From: Phaeosaccion multiseriatum
Lineage: Eukaryota; Protista; Ochrophyta, other classes
DNA: 64,000 nt
Assembly (NCBI GenBank): GCA_965112735.1
Contig: OZ218955.1
Span: 3,410,001-3,474,000 of the forward strand
Reading direction: 5' to 3'
Part shown: positions 30,000-43,920 of the stretch, one piece after another
Layout of the letters: every line of letters starts with the position of its first letter
Numbering within the stretch: position 1 is the first letter of the stretch
The notes under the pieces: model-generated
Databases searched by the model: none
The model's input: only the letters and a program-made list of their open reading frames with translations
What the model was told of the DNA's origin: nothing
Position numbers and translations under genes: made by a program

Positions 30000-31951
30000 T
30001 TAAATGCCATCCTCGTTGGCCTTCTTCCTCCTCCTCTTGCAGCGCTTTCTCTTCTTCTTGCTCGTCTTCTTGCTGCATGGGTCCTCCTCGGGCTCGCCAC
30101 ACTCTCCATCGTAGACCTGGTGCAGGCGGGCAGGGCAGGCACAAACAGGTAGAGCAAGCAAGGCCGAGTAGGGCAGAGCAAAGAAGCAGAGCAGCCAGGG
30201 AGACAGGCGGGGAGGAGTTGAGGGCCAAACACGGTAAGGGTGGGACAAGCTCAACGTGGCGGCACAAAAAGTCAGCCCACGAAGCCTGCCTGTTTTCTCC
30301 TTGGCACACTGCCCGCACTTACGTAGGTCCAGACGATGTCCCCACATCCATTCTCCGAGGCAAAGGTGCACTCGTTGGAGAACGTCTGGTACGTGCCCGT
30401 TGCCGCGTCCTCCGCACACAGAGGGTGATGCTCTTCGGTGCAGGTACGACTGCATTCGAGGTCCTCCTCCACGGGCACGGGCTCCTGATCGGGCTCCTGA
30501 TCGGGCTCCTTGCACGCTCCATGGGAGACCTGGATCAGGCAGTCAAGCACGCAGAGCAAGAGCAGGCACAGCAGTCCGTGAGCCAAAGGGCGAGGAGGAG
30601 GTGAGTGCCAATCACGGTAAGGCTAGGACAACAAGGCAGCCAGTGCAAAAAGTCAGCCCACGAAGGGTTGAAGCGTGGTCTCGCCTTTTGCCACACAGAC
30701 TGCCCGCACTTACGAAGGTCCAGACGATGCCCCCACAACCATTCTCCGAGGAGAAGGTGCACTCGTTGCCGAAGGTCTTGTGCATGCCCGTTGCCGCGTC
30801 CTCCGCACACAGTGGGCGGTACTCCCTGGTGCAGAGATGGCGGTTGCACTCGAGGTCCTCCTCCACGGGCATGGCCTCCTGCTCGGCCTCCTCGCACGCT
30901 CCATCGGAGATCTGTTGTAGGCAGGCAACCAAGCAGAGTAAGAGCAGGCAGAGGAGAAGGTGAGGACCGACCACTGTAAGGGTACGACGAAAAGGTAACA
31001 GCAAAAAGTCAGCCCACCACGAAGGGTTGAAGAGTGTTGACTCACGTAGGTCCAGACGATGTCTCCACATCCATTCTCCGAGGCGAAAGTGCACTCGTTG
31101 GCGAAAGTCTTGTGCGCGCCCCCCGCCACGTCCTCCGCACACAAAGGGCGGTACTCTCTGGTGCAGATGTGGTTATTGTTGCACTCGAGGTCCTCCTCCA
31201 CGGGCATGGGCTCCTCCGCGGGCTCATCCTCGTCGGGCTCCTCCAGCGGAGAGCTGCAGTCTCCTCCAAGCCCAGCCATGTCTTGCTCACTCAGCGACGA
31301 CCACAGCTGAGGGTAGGAGCAGGAGTCGATGCGGTAGCCAGACGACTTGTCTCCATGGATGAAGAAGACGTAGCTGGCAGACGATGACAGGGGAGAAGGG
31401 GGGAGCGGCAACAAGTTGGTTGGCTGTGTATCAGATGAGGAGGCAGGGGCGGGGGGGGTGGGGCAGCCGATTACAGGTGGGTAGGGTGGCTGAGTGGGGT
31501 AGGCACTTACTCTTCAGCAGTTTCGGGTAAGTTCACGCCGCAGGTGGCGCTAGATGCCGGGGTCGTCAAGATGATGGACTCAGCTTCAAAACCTTCCCCG
31601 CCCTTAAAGACTTGCTTGACAACGACCCTGTAGCTATAGTCGTCGTCGAAGGCATCTTCGACTGTAATGAGTGTCTTGGATTCAATCTCTCCCCTGAGAA
31701 CCAGGCCTGGAGGTGAAGGGAGGCCAGGGGGTTTCGGGGGGAAGTGTGGAGGGAAGAGTGAAGAGCGAGAGAAGGGGTGATATTGGCATGAAGAAAGGAC
31801 CAATGTCCGGCACGACTGAGCAGGTGGGGCGAGGCCACTGACCTGCGAATTGCGCTGTCTCGCACACTTCCTGAAGTAGGCAAGTGCACCCGCTGGAGAA
31901 GGGAAGGAGGGTGAGAGCAACGAGGGCTCGCAAGAGAAGTTCCACCAGCAT
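30000..31951 (-). CDS. Secreted TIMP/NTR-like + 3 Kazal domains + basic tail, copy 3 (diverged)
   Basis: MLVELLLRALVALTLLPFSSG|CTCLLQEVCETAQF...ASSATCGVNL...YVFFIHG...IDSC. Kazal motifs CTREYRPLC (x2) and CTEEHHPLC. Tail CSKKTSKKKRKRCKRRRKKANEDGI*. Confidence 0.8.
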
Positions 31952-32131
31952 AGCGAATACGTGGATGGGAGAGAGAGAAGAGGAAGAGAAAGGGTGGGTG
32001 AGGAGAGAGAGAGATTGGGGGAGAGAGAGGAGAAGAAGAGTTGTTACAAGAGAGGGAGGGCATCAAGAAATCACTTTGCGAAACGGATAGAACCATTTTT
32101 TAGAAGTATAGGAAGCATGATCGTTATCTAT

Positions 32132-34612
32132 CTACGCTGCGCCTCGAACGGCCAAACGAAAGAGCTGTATCCCCGCAGCACCGGCTGATGCCCCAGCTGA
32201 TGCGCTACGTGTGCAACTTGACGTAACCGTCACGAGGCACGACAAGTCATCGGTGGCACCGCACCCCACCGCGTTGTCGCTCACCCCCACGGGCACAATG
32301 CCCGCCTCCCCCACCCCCAACCCCACCGGCAGCGCCACCCTCCCGACCGTCTGCCCAGTCCTCACGCAAAGCATACGTAACGCCTGGCGAGGAGGCCTCG
32401 GTCCTGTGTCTGCCGTGCAGCCCCACCCCGCACCGGAAACCCCAACCCCAACCCCGGCGGCGGTAGCGGCAGCGGCAGCGGCGGACGGAGGCTCCGGGGG
32501 AGGGGCCAACTCGGGGCACAGAGCGAGGCTCATGGAAGGGTCCACCGCCAGCTGCCGAAGCGGCCTTCGTAGCTGCTGAGAGCCCCGCAGCCTCCACACT
32601 GCGTTGTCACTGCTGTCGCTGCTTCCCCGCCCCCCTCCTCTCCGGCCGCCACCACCCCCTCTTGCTCCCCCTCCTCCTCCCCCTCCCCCTCCTCCTCCCC
32701 CCCCATCTCGACCACCACCCCGCCGCCGGAAGGCTCCACCGGGGCCGCCCTTCCCTCGCTCCTCTTCAACATGTCCGCTCCTCCGCCCATTCAAGAGGCT
32801 GCTGCTGCTGCTGCTGCTGCTGCTGTTCGTGTCGCTGCCAAGCGGCCGTCGGGCATCAAACAGCGCCACCGAGCCAGACCTATCATTCACCAACACGCCG
32901 ACTGCAGAAAAAGCCCTGCCCAACGCAATGGTGGAGTCCACCAACACACCCATCTTTCCTAGACGGAGCACCTCCTTCCCCTCTCGCAAGTCCCACAGAG
33001 TCACTCTACCGTCTCGCCGGCCCGCCACCACCAAGTCCGCTCCGGAGTGGCCTCCAGAGTTGCCTCCAATCTCACAATCGTCGTCACCCCCCCCTGCTGC
33101 TGCTGCTGCTGGCACAAAGGACGCACTCAGTATGTTGCACCGCTTCTGCGACGCCCCTCCTTCTCTCCTCATCATGGTCAGCTGCTGCGTAAGGGCGCTG
33201 TACACACAGGGAGGAGTCGCCCCGCTGCACCCAATAAAGAGCTTGGCGTCCGAGGAGTTGCAGGGTCCCTTGCTCCAGGCCAGACTCCACACCTCCGCTC
33301 GGGTGAGGAACGTCTCCCTACGGGGAACCAAGCTCGTCCTCCCTCCCGCCCCGCCCTCTGTCCTCCAGCCCGCCCACCTTCCTGCGCCTCCCCCTCTCCA
33401 GCCCCCCCGGACACTCACGCCCCCGCTGCCACTGTCACCGATGCCGCCACCGTTGCCGCCTCCCCGCTGCCTGGCACTCGCCAGAAGGTCCTCTTCGACA
33501 CTGACCTTCCAGATGCCAAAGCTTCCGTTCACATCCCCACAGCCCAGGGACCCACACGCCACGTGGAATCCATCAGGAGAGAAGGCCGCGCAAGACACAT
33601 TCACCGGTGCTCGAGCGCCGCAGAAGTCACTGAGGAGACAGTACTCCCCGTTGTCCCTGCGTAGCATCTCCTCCTCGTCTTCCTCCTCCTCCTCCTCCTC
33701 GGCATCCTCCCCATGGCGATACCGTCGCCGCTGTCGATACTGGTGGTCGTGGTACTCCTGCTGCTGCTGCTGCCACCGCTTCCTTCTCTGGCGACCGTAC
33801 CTCAACACAAAGAGCCCGTGCTCGTTCAGGTACGGCGCTTTGCAGACCATCCACGTCGTGTCATCACCATGGGGCCTCTGCGGGTCCCCCAGCCCTCCCC
33901 TCTGGCAGTCTAGGATCTCAGAGAACATAGAGCTCCCGTCTCTGCTGATGTGGGGGTACACATTCACAGGCTCTGGTCTGAGCAAGCCCGTAATCACTCC
34001 CGCTGTCCCGCCCTCCCACACAGCATGACCCGCTCCTCCCCCACATCCTCCATATTCTCCCATAGAGAGAGGAGCTGATGATCTGAGCTTTCGCCAAGCC
34101 TGCACCCCTCGAAGCTCGCGGCCCATAAGGAACCTGCATATCACAAGCTCTTTATAAGTTCAAGGTCGGACAGTATATTACAAGGTCCATTCGGAGCCGT
34201 ACCTCATCAGAGACGGTGTACTCACGCGAGTAGCTCCCTCCCCCACTGCTCGCCCTGGTCCTGCCCCTGAAGAAGCCGGACTTCTGTTGAAGGAGGCGCC
34301 CGTCGGCCCCGCGCTGGGGTAGTAGCGATTGGTCATTGGGTCGAAGGCAAAGCCGCGGAGGGGCAACGCCCTTCCCCCACTTCCCTCTCCGTCTTCTACC
34401 TCTATATGCGCTTCTTTCCCTCCTTCGGCTTCCGCCGCTGCTGTTGCTGCTGCTGCTGCTCTTTGCTCCAGAAGAGCGTCCATCACGGTGGTACATGTTT
34501 CGTTGTTTGAGCGAGAATAGTCCGACCGCCGTCTACCCACCTGCTGCTGCTGCCTTCCACCCCCGCCACCTCGCCCATCCCCACCTCCTCGCGGCCTTTT
34601 CCTCCTGTGCAT
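32132..34612 (-). CDS. DCAF4/WDR21-like WD40 protein (2 exons; intron 34134-34202)
   Basis: N-terminal LRGFAFDPMTNRYYP resembles the DCAF4-family 'PGFY.DP...RYF' motif. WD-like segments: CAAFSPDG, VWSLAWS, VAGRRDGRVTLWDLR, SVALFDAR. Confidence 0.7.
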
Positions 34613-34843
34613 GATACCGCCTGAACAATCACTGCCTCACGCACTCCGTATCCAAGTGAACTCACAGTTGTCTATCCTCCTCGCGGGAGGGAACTTTTTT
34701 TTACAAGCAGCAGCAGCAGCAGCGTCGTGATTGCAGATAGGGCATTGCAAGTACCAGGAGTGGAAGTTGCGGCACAGCAGTTTGCGCGCTTGCTTCCTAA
34801 TCTTCATCTTTCGAATTGAAAGGCTGCCGACCCCAAAGATACG

Positions 34844-35791
34844 ATGGATGATCGGCAGGGAGGACGAGGGAGAGGAGGAGGAAGAGGAGGAGGAAGAGGA
34901 GGAAGAGGAGGAGGACGCGGAGGACGGGGAGGGGGAGGATGGAGAGGAGGAGGAGGGGGGGGGGGGGGGAGAGGGGGGAGAGGAAGGGGATGGAGAGGAG
35001 AGGGAAGAGGTGGGGATGGATGGAGAGGAGGAGGAGGAGGAGGAGGAGGAGGGGGGGAGGAAGGGGAAGGGGAGGAGGAGGTAGGGGAAGTGGGGGCGGA
35101 GGGAGAGGCGGGTGGGGCAGAGGAGGAGGAAGAGGGAGGGGCAGGGGGTCCGGAGAGGCCTCCAGAGAGGATGACTACGTGATGCCTGAGGAGGACAGGG
35201 CAATTTACATGAAGCAGCAGCAGCTGATTGAGGCGGACGTGGGGGTGGAAGAGACCATTGGAGGAGGTGAGGGCGTGCAAGGCATCATCAAGCAGCGCTA
35301 TAGCGACTTCCTTGTGAGAGAGGTGGACCTAAGGGGCAAGGTCTGCGAGCTGACGACGCTGGAGATGGACCCGGTGTGGCTGGAGGAGGAGAATGCGAAG
35401 AAGGCAAAGAAAACGAAGGAGGAGGAGGAGGAGGAGAAGGAGGAGGAAGAGGCAAAGAAGAAGAAGACGAAGGGGGAGGAGGAGAAGGAGGAGGAGGCGG
35501 CGAAGAAGAAGGAGGAGAAGGAGGAGAAGGAGGAGAAGGAGGAGGTGGTGGACAGCGAGGCTGCTCCTGTAGGAGCGCCAACAGCCGCACAAGGAGGAGG
35601 TGAGGCAGCAGAGCAGGAAGGGGGCAAGGTCAAAGAGGAGGCCAGCAAGGAGGGCGGTCTCTCCGAGGAGCAGAAAGAGGATGCTGCTGTGGCGGAAGCG
35701 GCGGCGAAGATGGCACCCGAGCTGGGGGACGAAGTGGCGGAGAGCGTCAGGGAGTTTTTGCTCGACCAACTCAAGAGCCAGGTGTGTGTGT

Positions 35792-35865
<74 letters not shown>

Positions 35866-37078
35866 AGTGTGTGTGTGTCTCTCTGTGTGTGTGCGTGTGT
35901 GGTGTGTGTGTCTCTATGTGTGTCTCTATGTGTGTGCTGTGTGTGTGGTGAGTGTGTGTCTATTTGTGCCCCCCGCCTCTCTTCTTTTTGCCAACTCACC
36001 CCATACACCCCCACTTGGAGAGGAGAGCTGGCATCCGTAACAAAGCGGCCAACAGGACTGGACGGGGCCCTCACCGATGTCCTCCGCCTCAAAGCCTCAC
36101 GCTCATCATGGCGTCTGTCTATCTGTCTGACTTCTCTCTCTCTCTCTCTCTGTCTCTGTGTCTCTCTCTCTGTCTCTCTGTCTCTCTCTCTGTCTTTGCC
36201 TTCAGAGAGCCCTCCAGGCGGCCGCCGCAGCCAAGGAGGGGGGAGCAGACGCGAGCCCCAAGGAGGGGAATACGGCCAAGAGGGGTGGAAAGCGGGAGCA
36301 GAGGCCGCCGCCGCCGGAGTTGGCACTTGCCCACAGCACAGAAAAGAGCGTGCGGGCGCTACAGCACAAGGTCATTCGCGAGCATATGGGCAAGTGGTTG
36401 TACACCTTGGGGGGCAGCAAGAAGAAGGAGGAGCAAGACACGGATCAAGTGCCGCCAGCAGCAAAAGAAGGGACCGCAGATGGCAGTGCATGTGCATCCA
36501 CCACCACCACCACCACCGCTGGCGACGCAGAAGGAGGAGGAGAAGGACGAGTCGAGGGCGGTGAGAAGGAGAAGGAGGCAGGTGGGAAGGGTACCGCTGC
36601 TGCTGCTGCTGCTGCTGCTGCCCCCCCCGCGGTGAAGTCGAAGAGCGTCATCACCCCCGGAGCCTCTGTGGGCATGATTGCAGGCGCCAAGGTTAAGGGG
36701 ACGGATGCAAAGGAGGAGGAGGCGGAGGCGGCGGCAGCGGCCAAGAAGCGGGATCAGGTACGCGTGAACGCCCATCCGTACGCACGCACGCACACACGCA
36801 CGCACACACGCAGTCGCCTTCGTCTTCGGATGCTCGAGTGGGGGCATGATGAGGCCTGATATGATGACTCGCCAAGCTTGGGCAGGAACATGGCATTGAC
36901 GTACCCTCTTACCTCTTCTCTCTTCAGTCGGCCCCCTGACGCTCTTCCTCTCCCCCGCCCCTTCTCCACGCCCTTCGATGCGCTTTCTTTTGGTTGGTGT
37001 GCCGTTTATATGTCCATCGGACCCACACACACCACACATTACTCTTACCTTGTCTGTCTGTCTGTCTGTCTGGCTGGC

Positions 37079-37151
<73 letters not shown>

Positions 37152-38715
37152 GTCTATCTATCTATCATCTGTCTGTCTGTCTGTCTGTCTATCTGTCTGT
37201 CTGTCTCTCTGTCTGTCTGTCTCTCTCTCAATGTGTCTGTCTGTCTCTCTGTCTGTCTGTCTGTGCCACCTTAGCCCGCGTCCCTGTGGTTTGTGCGGGT
37301 TCTGGCCAAGGATCCGAACGACCCAACAGGGCGTGAGGGCATGCCCAGCGACGGCTACGGAAGCTACGGCCACCGACACCAGCAGCATCGCAAAGGCGGC
37401 GGCGGCCAACAAAATGGTAGAGGGCGCCGCGGTAACGACAATGTCGATGATGTCTTCTCTCCGTGGCCCTCCGATCGCCCCGCCTACCTTCGCTTTGTTT
37501 TGTACAAGGAGAACTCGGACCTCAACGCGGTCACCAGGTACGTGCGTGCGTGTTTACCGTTTCGTTTGTGCCGTTTCCTTTCCTTTCCCTTACTTGCTGA
37601 GGCGCCCGTTCCACCCATTCGCTCACTCACTACGTTCACCCACTCAGTACCCACCCACTCACTCACTCACTCACTCACTCACTCACTCATGCACCACCCT
37701 TTTTCACAAATGGCACGAAATCTGTTCCATTTTCCAACATGCCATGGGAACCCCCCTCCTTCATCTCTCCTCCCCCACCCACAGGACCATGGTGGACGCA
37801 CTGCGGCTGCGCAATGGGGTCTTGGGCTTCGCTGGCAACAAGGACAAGAGGGCAGTGACCACGCAGGTATGTATGCGCAATAGGCACATAGATAGATGGA
37901 TAGACAGAGACGTAGATAGATGGACAGATAGAGACACAGATAAATAGATTGATTGATTGATTGATTGATTGATACAGAGATAGAGAGTTAGAGAGAAACA
38001 GATACGTAGACACACAGATCAGATAGGTACTTAAGTACATGTCCCCTCTGACACCAGGTGCAGATACAGTTTCAGTTTGAGTTTTAGTAACGTTTTTCAA
38101 CCGATCTTCTCATTCGCGCCCTCCTTCCCTCCCTCCCTTTCTTCCTTCCTTCCTCTCCCTCCCCCTCCCTCCCTCCCTCCCTCCCTCCCTCCCTCCCTCC
38201 CTCCCTCTCCCTCTCCCTCCTCCCCTCCTCTCTACTCTACTCCACTCCTTCAGTGGGTGACTATCAAGCACCGCCGGGCGGAGGAGGTAATGGCGCTGAA
38301 CAGGGGCTTCCTCAAGCCCCGAGGGGTGTATTACGGCAACTTTGATTACGTGGAAGGATCCCTGCAGCTAGGGGAGCTTATGGGCAACAGGTTTAACGTG
38401 GTGCTTAGAAACGTATCCTTGGCGTCAGGAGGAGGAGGAGGAGAAGACGCAGCAGTAGCTGCAGCTGTAGAGGGAGGTGAGGGAGGGGAGCAGCGAAGAG
38501 ACGGCGACGAGAAGCTGCGGCAGGCAGTCGCGGCGTCGTTCAAGTGCCTCTCGGACACCGGCTTCATCAACTACTTTGGCATGCAAAGGTTCGGGACGGG
38601 GGGGACACCAACTTCGGACACCGGCAAGGCGCTGATCAAAGGAAAGTGGGAGGAGGCGGTGAGGTTGATTCTCATGCCGCGGGAGGGGGAGAGAGGCGAG
38701 GTGCAGAAGGCCAAG

Positions 38716-38769
<54 letters not shown>

Positions 38770-41295
38770 AGGACAAGGAGGGTGGAGGAGGGAGACTGAG
38801 AGGGTAGCAAAAGATGGGAGGGAGGGAGAGAGAGAGGCGAGGGCTTATCTGTGCCAGCCAGCCAATGACTGTCCATCAGGAGAGGGGAGATGGTGCATGG
38901 AAGGAGAGAGTGTGGCGTGCCCTTCTCTCTCCGTGGAAACATATGAGAGAGGGTAAACATATGAGAGAGGGTTCTCTGTCCGGGTAGGCATGTGCCGTCC
39001 CCCCCTCTGCCTCCACGTGCCTTGACCCCTCCTCCCGTCTGACACACCGTACTGACACACACACACACACTGACATACATACACACCCATCCACCCAACC
39101 TTCACATACCCCCTCCTCCCTCAGCTTCAATATCTCAAGCACCCAGAGGATCCGCAGACGGCCTTCCAGCTCATGCCTCGCTACATGGCGAATGAGTGGG
39201 ACATTCTCTTCTCGCTCACGGATAGCCTTAGAAGCGAAGCAGCAGCAGCAGCAGCTGCAAAAGAAGGAGGGGGGGGAGAAGGAGGAGGACAGGCCGCTGT
39301 GCTGCCCAACAAGTTCCTCAAGGCCATTCGCTCCCAACAGAAGCACATGCAGCTCATGTACGTGCACGCCTTTCAGAGCCTTGTGTGGAACAAGGCCACC
39401 TCGCATCGCATCAGAGAGCATGGTATTGAGGGAGCCGTGGAGGGGGATCTCGTGCTGAAGGATGGAGGGGGAGGAGGAGGAGAAGGAGGAGGAGGAGGAG
39501 GAGGAGGGGAGGGGGGACAAGAGGCAGGAGGAGGCTCGGGGTTGGACGCACCGATGGACGTCAGCAGCGACGACAAGGAGGGTCAGGGTCAAGGTCAGGG
39601 TCAGGGTCAGGGTCAGGGTGCCGGCCAAGTGCAAAGTAACTTTAACGATGGGAAGGGCCCACCCAAGGTGCATGAGGTGACGAAGGAGGAGGCGAAGAAC
39701 AAGGTGTACGCCATTAGTGATGTGGTGCTTCCTCTGCCGGGCATACGAATCCGTTACCCCAGCCACTCCACGGGCAAGTTTTACATGGACACAATGGGAG
39801 AGATGGGCGTTCAGCTCGAGGACTTCCGCGGGGGGGAGGCACCGGTAAGAAGGGGGGGAGGACAGGGGAGGGAGGGAGGGGGAGGGGACCCAGTCCCTCC
39901 TAGGAACTGCATCCTCCCTTGCGCTCTGAAAGGAGTTTGCGTTTCAGGCATACAGAAGGACGAATCCATGCTGCTTCTGACAAACCCTTCACCCTCCCTC
40001 CCTCCCCTTGACGTCCTCGTCCTCTGTCTTGCTCGTTTCTGGAACCATTCTCGGGTCGGGCCCTTCTCGGACCATTCTTGAAACATTCTTGGACCCCCCA
40101 ACGCGTTGACAGGAGTTTCAAATGGGTGGTGACTATCGAAAGATCGTGCAGCGCCCCGTGGACCTCTCCTGGGAGCTGCAGCGATACGACGTAAGTCAGT
40201 GAGGGAGTTGGTGATGTAGAGGGAGGGAGGGCATAAGGGAGGGAGGGAGGGATGGGAGGGAAGGGAGGGGGGCGGATGCGTTTGAGTTTGAGTTGGGGAG
40301 TTTGAGTAGCGCAGGGTCGCAGCATGTGAGGGCTGTGTCGGGAGGCAAGTAAGCATACGTGCGTGCATGCTTGCTTGTGTGCGTGTGTCCCGTCTGCAAG
40401 CCTTGTTCTCTCACAGTCTGCGGTCCCGATCCACGGTGCTCTCTCCTCTTTTGCTCTCCCCCTCTCCCTCCCTCCCTCTCTCGTTATCTATTCCCGTCTC
40501 TCTCCCTCTCTCGCTCTATGCCTCCCCCCCCCCCCTCTGTCTTGCTGTGTACGACCCTATCTCTCTCTCTCTCTCTCTCTTTTCCTCTCCGTCTGCCAGG
40601 ACGTGACGATTCCACTGGTGAAGACGGACTTTGACAAGATCCAAGAGGCGCAGGAGAAGGAGCAAATCGAAGCAGACAAGGCTGCTGAAGCTGCTAAAGC
40701 CGCTGCTACATCAGTGCCAGTATCAGTGCCCGACGTATCGAAGCCGAACGGCGAGAGCAGTGAGAATGGAGCTAAGCCCAGTGAAGCCTCAGCAGCACCG
40801 GCAGCGGCAGTAGCAGCAGCAGGAGACGCCGCAGAAGGAGGAGAGAAGAACGGCGCTGACAGCGGCGAAAAGGCGGCGGAAGAGAATGAGACTGCCAAGG
40901 ACAAGGACAAGGGCAAGGGCAAGAGTCTCGTCAAGAAGGAGGGGCAGTACATGGCTCTGACGATGAACTTTACGCTGCCGTCGTCTTGCTACGCTACCAT
41001 GGTGATTCGGGAGGTGACCAAGCAAGGCACTTCTGTGGCGGCGCAGACGAGCCTCAATGCGATTGCAGCGGGGGCCAAGCTCACGGTCCAGACGCCAGCG
41101 GCTCCGTCGTCATCGGAAGCTGGTGCAGCGGTTGGTGATACAGCGGTAGGAGGGGCAGGAGAGGGAGGAGGGGTTGTAGCGTCTATGGACGTGGCAGCAC
41201 CTGCTGCTCCTGCTGCTGCAGTTGATGATACGGCAGTGGCAGCGGAGGACAGTGCAGAGCCGCCCCTCAAGAGAGTGAAGGTATCGGCAGAATAA
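34844..41295 (+). CDS. PUS7: Pseudouridine synthase TruD/PUS7 with N-terminal RGG-rich extension (multi-exon; apparent 1-nt frameshift near 35051-35057)
   Basis: Motifs [36 protein letters not shown] (catalytic Asp), [67 protein letters not shown]. Confidence 0.93.
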
Positions 41296-41686
41296 ACCGA
41301 TGATGACCGAGCACGACAATAGAGTCCAAGTATAGGCACAGCCAAGGAGCCTGCATAATTGAGTGAGAATCGCAATGAATGCGTACCCTACATTGGTTAT
41401 AAGCTATTGAGCGATCGCTATCGCCGGCGTAACCGCCCCCCTCCCGCCCCTGGCAAAGTAAAAGAGGGCAAGGAAGTGAGAGGCATATGCGCAGAATAGG
41501 GCAGGGCCGGCGAGCCATGACGCCTATTAACTTGTCCCCAGAGAGAGAGCTTGTACGTTTGGTCCCAAGGAAGTGACAGGGTAGCCATTGATAAAGAAAC
41601 GACGTCACCTCTTAACCTCTCGGCTCAGGAAGTGACGCAACAGAAAGAAGGCAGCAGACACCACGTACATGGCCTCCTCGCCCTCC

Positions 41687-42718
41687 TCAGTTGAGGGTCT
41701 CGATTTCACAGTTGTCGACGAGGAAGGGCCCTGTAGCCTGGCCTGCTTGAACACCGATCTTGACAGGGAGGCTCGCGTCTGTGACAGTCCCCTCCAAAGT
41801 GCATGTGGTTCTGCTGCCCCGAACAGCCACACAGCTACCTTCATCGGACGCGGCGAACTCGATCCATGGGCTCTCTGCCTGCTGCATGTAGAGCTGGATG
41901 TCTCTCTCTCCTTCCCCCCGCCCAAATACATCGCACGACAGTCTGTACCTTCCTCCCACCACCCCCTCCATATCAAACGATTGATATAGTTGCATGTACC
42001 ATGGCTCCGCAGGGACAGTCCCCAGAGAAAAGAGGGCACGTTCATTCCGGCTTGTAAAGAACGAGGTTTCCACCAACCTTCCATTCACGTAAGTTGACCA
42101 ACCGCGGAGGCCTTCTTCAAAGTCGCCGTTGAAGAAGGTGACGCCGGGAGGAGGATCCTCTCCGATGGTCGCAGACACGTTGTCTACGAAGAAGTCCCCC
42201 TCACTTGCCGCACCCATCACCGCAAACTTGAGGGAGCCCGCAGCTCCATTGACAGCCTCCACACTACAACGTGTTACGGCAGGCCCAATCGTGCACGAGG
42301 AGCGTCCGTACGTTACCCAATTGTTGTCGCCTCTGTTTTGTTCCACTACAAGCTCAATATCACGGGTCTCCTCCCCTCGCGTTTGAAAGTCAGCTGAGAG
42401 CGTGTACGGCTGCGAGCTCGCAAATCTCGTAGAGATCGTTTGGAACAACTGCATCCTCCAGAAGATGGCGCTGGAGCCCACTTTGAACAGTGCCCTGCCG
42501 CCTTCAATGGTGATATCGTTGTTTACCTGATCCTCCACGTAAACGGACCATCCCTCGAGACCTTCCGAGAAATCCCCATTGATGATGTACTGGATTAGCT
42601 GCACAGGTTGTAACCGTCTACCGCTGCCGCCGCCGCTGAGCGCCTTCTCGTTCGCCTGGGCGCTCACCATCACTGATCCGACGAGAGCCAAGAGCACCGA
42701 GAATATCATCATCTTCAT
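41687..42718 (-). CDS. Secreted protein with two CBM4/9-like domains, paralog B; CDS intronless
   Basis: 343-aa ORF colinear with 11982-13079 (shared SADFQT, ELVVEQN, YGR.SCTIGPAV.RCSVEA, SPWIEFA, SLPVK, ATGPF.VD), with a signal peptide and RRLQ. Confidence 0.75.
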   Translation of the reverse strand: MKMMIFSVLLALVGSVMVSAQANEKALSGGGSGRRLQPVQLIQYIINGDFSEGLEGWSVYVEDQVNNDITIEGGRALFKVGSSAIFWRMQLFQTISTRFASSQPYTLSADFQTRGEETRDIELVVEQNRGDNNWVTYGRSSCTIGPAVTRCSVEAVNGAAGSLKFAVMGAASEGDFFVDNVSATIGEDPPPGVTFFNGDFEEGLRGWSTYVNGRLVETSFFTSRNERALFSLGTVPAEPWYMQLYQSFDMEGVVGGRYRLSCDVFGRGEGERDIQLYMQQAESPWIEFAASDEGSCVAVRGSRTTCTLEGTVTDASLPVKIGVQAGQATGPFLVDNCEIETLN

Positions 42719-42839
42719 CCTCTCTTTTCTTCCTTTCTAGACTTCCTCTGTCTGCTGTTCGGCGCACGTAACGTCAGAGAGGCGAAAGGCTTTTGAGGCA
42801 GGCCAGGTTCTGAAAGGGAGGACAACAAAGGAAAGGAGA

Positions 42840-42905
<66 letters not shown>

Positions 42906-43920
42906 GAGAGAGAGATAGAGAGTGAGAGAGAGAGTGTGTAAGAGAGAGGGAGAGAAGAGGAGGGCAGGAGGGCGGCTCGAGGAGGAAGGTTATAGGCCAT
43001 CTCCTTCATGTCAAACTGGAGCACTCTGCTGGATGATTAATTATGCCAATGCAGAAATAACTGGAGAAAAGAGACGTACCTAGATATCCCCCACAGCTGG
43101 TTTGTGAGATGCGCGCTGTCCCTGCTGCTGCTCAAAGTCAACAAGCTGCTGTGAAGAGAGAAAATGAGGAGAGCTTGTACGCTCATTCTTCGGGACGGGG
43201 GTTCTTTATTCTGTTATAAATTACAATTCGGCCAGCATGAAGTAGATGTGTTGGTGGTACGAGGTATTCGCCGGCGCCAGCCGGCTTTTCGAGGCTTTGG
43301 GGTTTGAGGGGTCGAGGGGGGGTTGTGGGGACATCCGCTGTCGCCCGCGCCAGCCGATCCGCTATCCGCTATCGGGGGCGGGGGGGGGCTATAGCGCGCT
43401 ACATTGTATCGCGAACGTGGGCGATATCGCGTCAGGGGTCGACATAATTACTCATTTCTTTCTCTTTCCCAAGAGCTGAGACAGACGTAAATAATCAATC
43501 ACACACTACACCATGAAAAGGCCGAGCAAGGTTTACAGGTTTATAGTTGTTCTTTAGTCAAGGTTTAGTGTTCATGTGTCTAGATAAATTTTAGTTATAT
43601 AAATATCCCGGGGCGGCGGGGGCTAAATCGGGCCCGCCCTCCTCTGACCCGCACACACACACACACACACACACACTGCCTCCACCTATAGTCTCTATAC
43701 TTTCCGCCCCATCACGAGATGAGAAGATATCCACATTGAAAATCGGAGATTCACAGGGGAAGCTGACGCCCAAACGGGCACGCTCTGTGCTGATATGAAT
43801 GAAAGCCCCGTCCGCCTCCATGTCACACCGCCTGCCTGCTGCCGCTGCCGGGCCATCTAAGTACAGCCTGTGCGTGGTAGTGTGCGTGCACCGCCTCGTG
43901 CGTACTGCATTCGGTTACGT

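Noticed and set aside
32604-34028. 474-aa plus-strand ORF
   Set aside because: It is the antisense shadow of the GC-rich WD40 exon: low complexity, no motifs.
41400-43430. Possible inverted repeats flanking CBM paralog B (gene captured by a transposon)
   Set aside because: Similarity is limited to short G/C runs and CGCTAT words, with no clear TIR or TSD.
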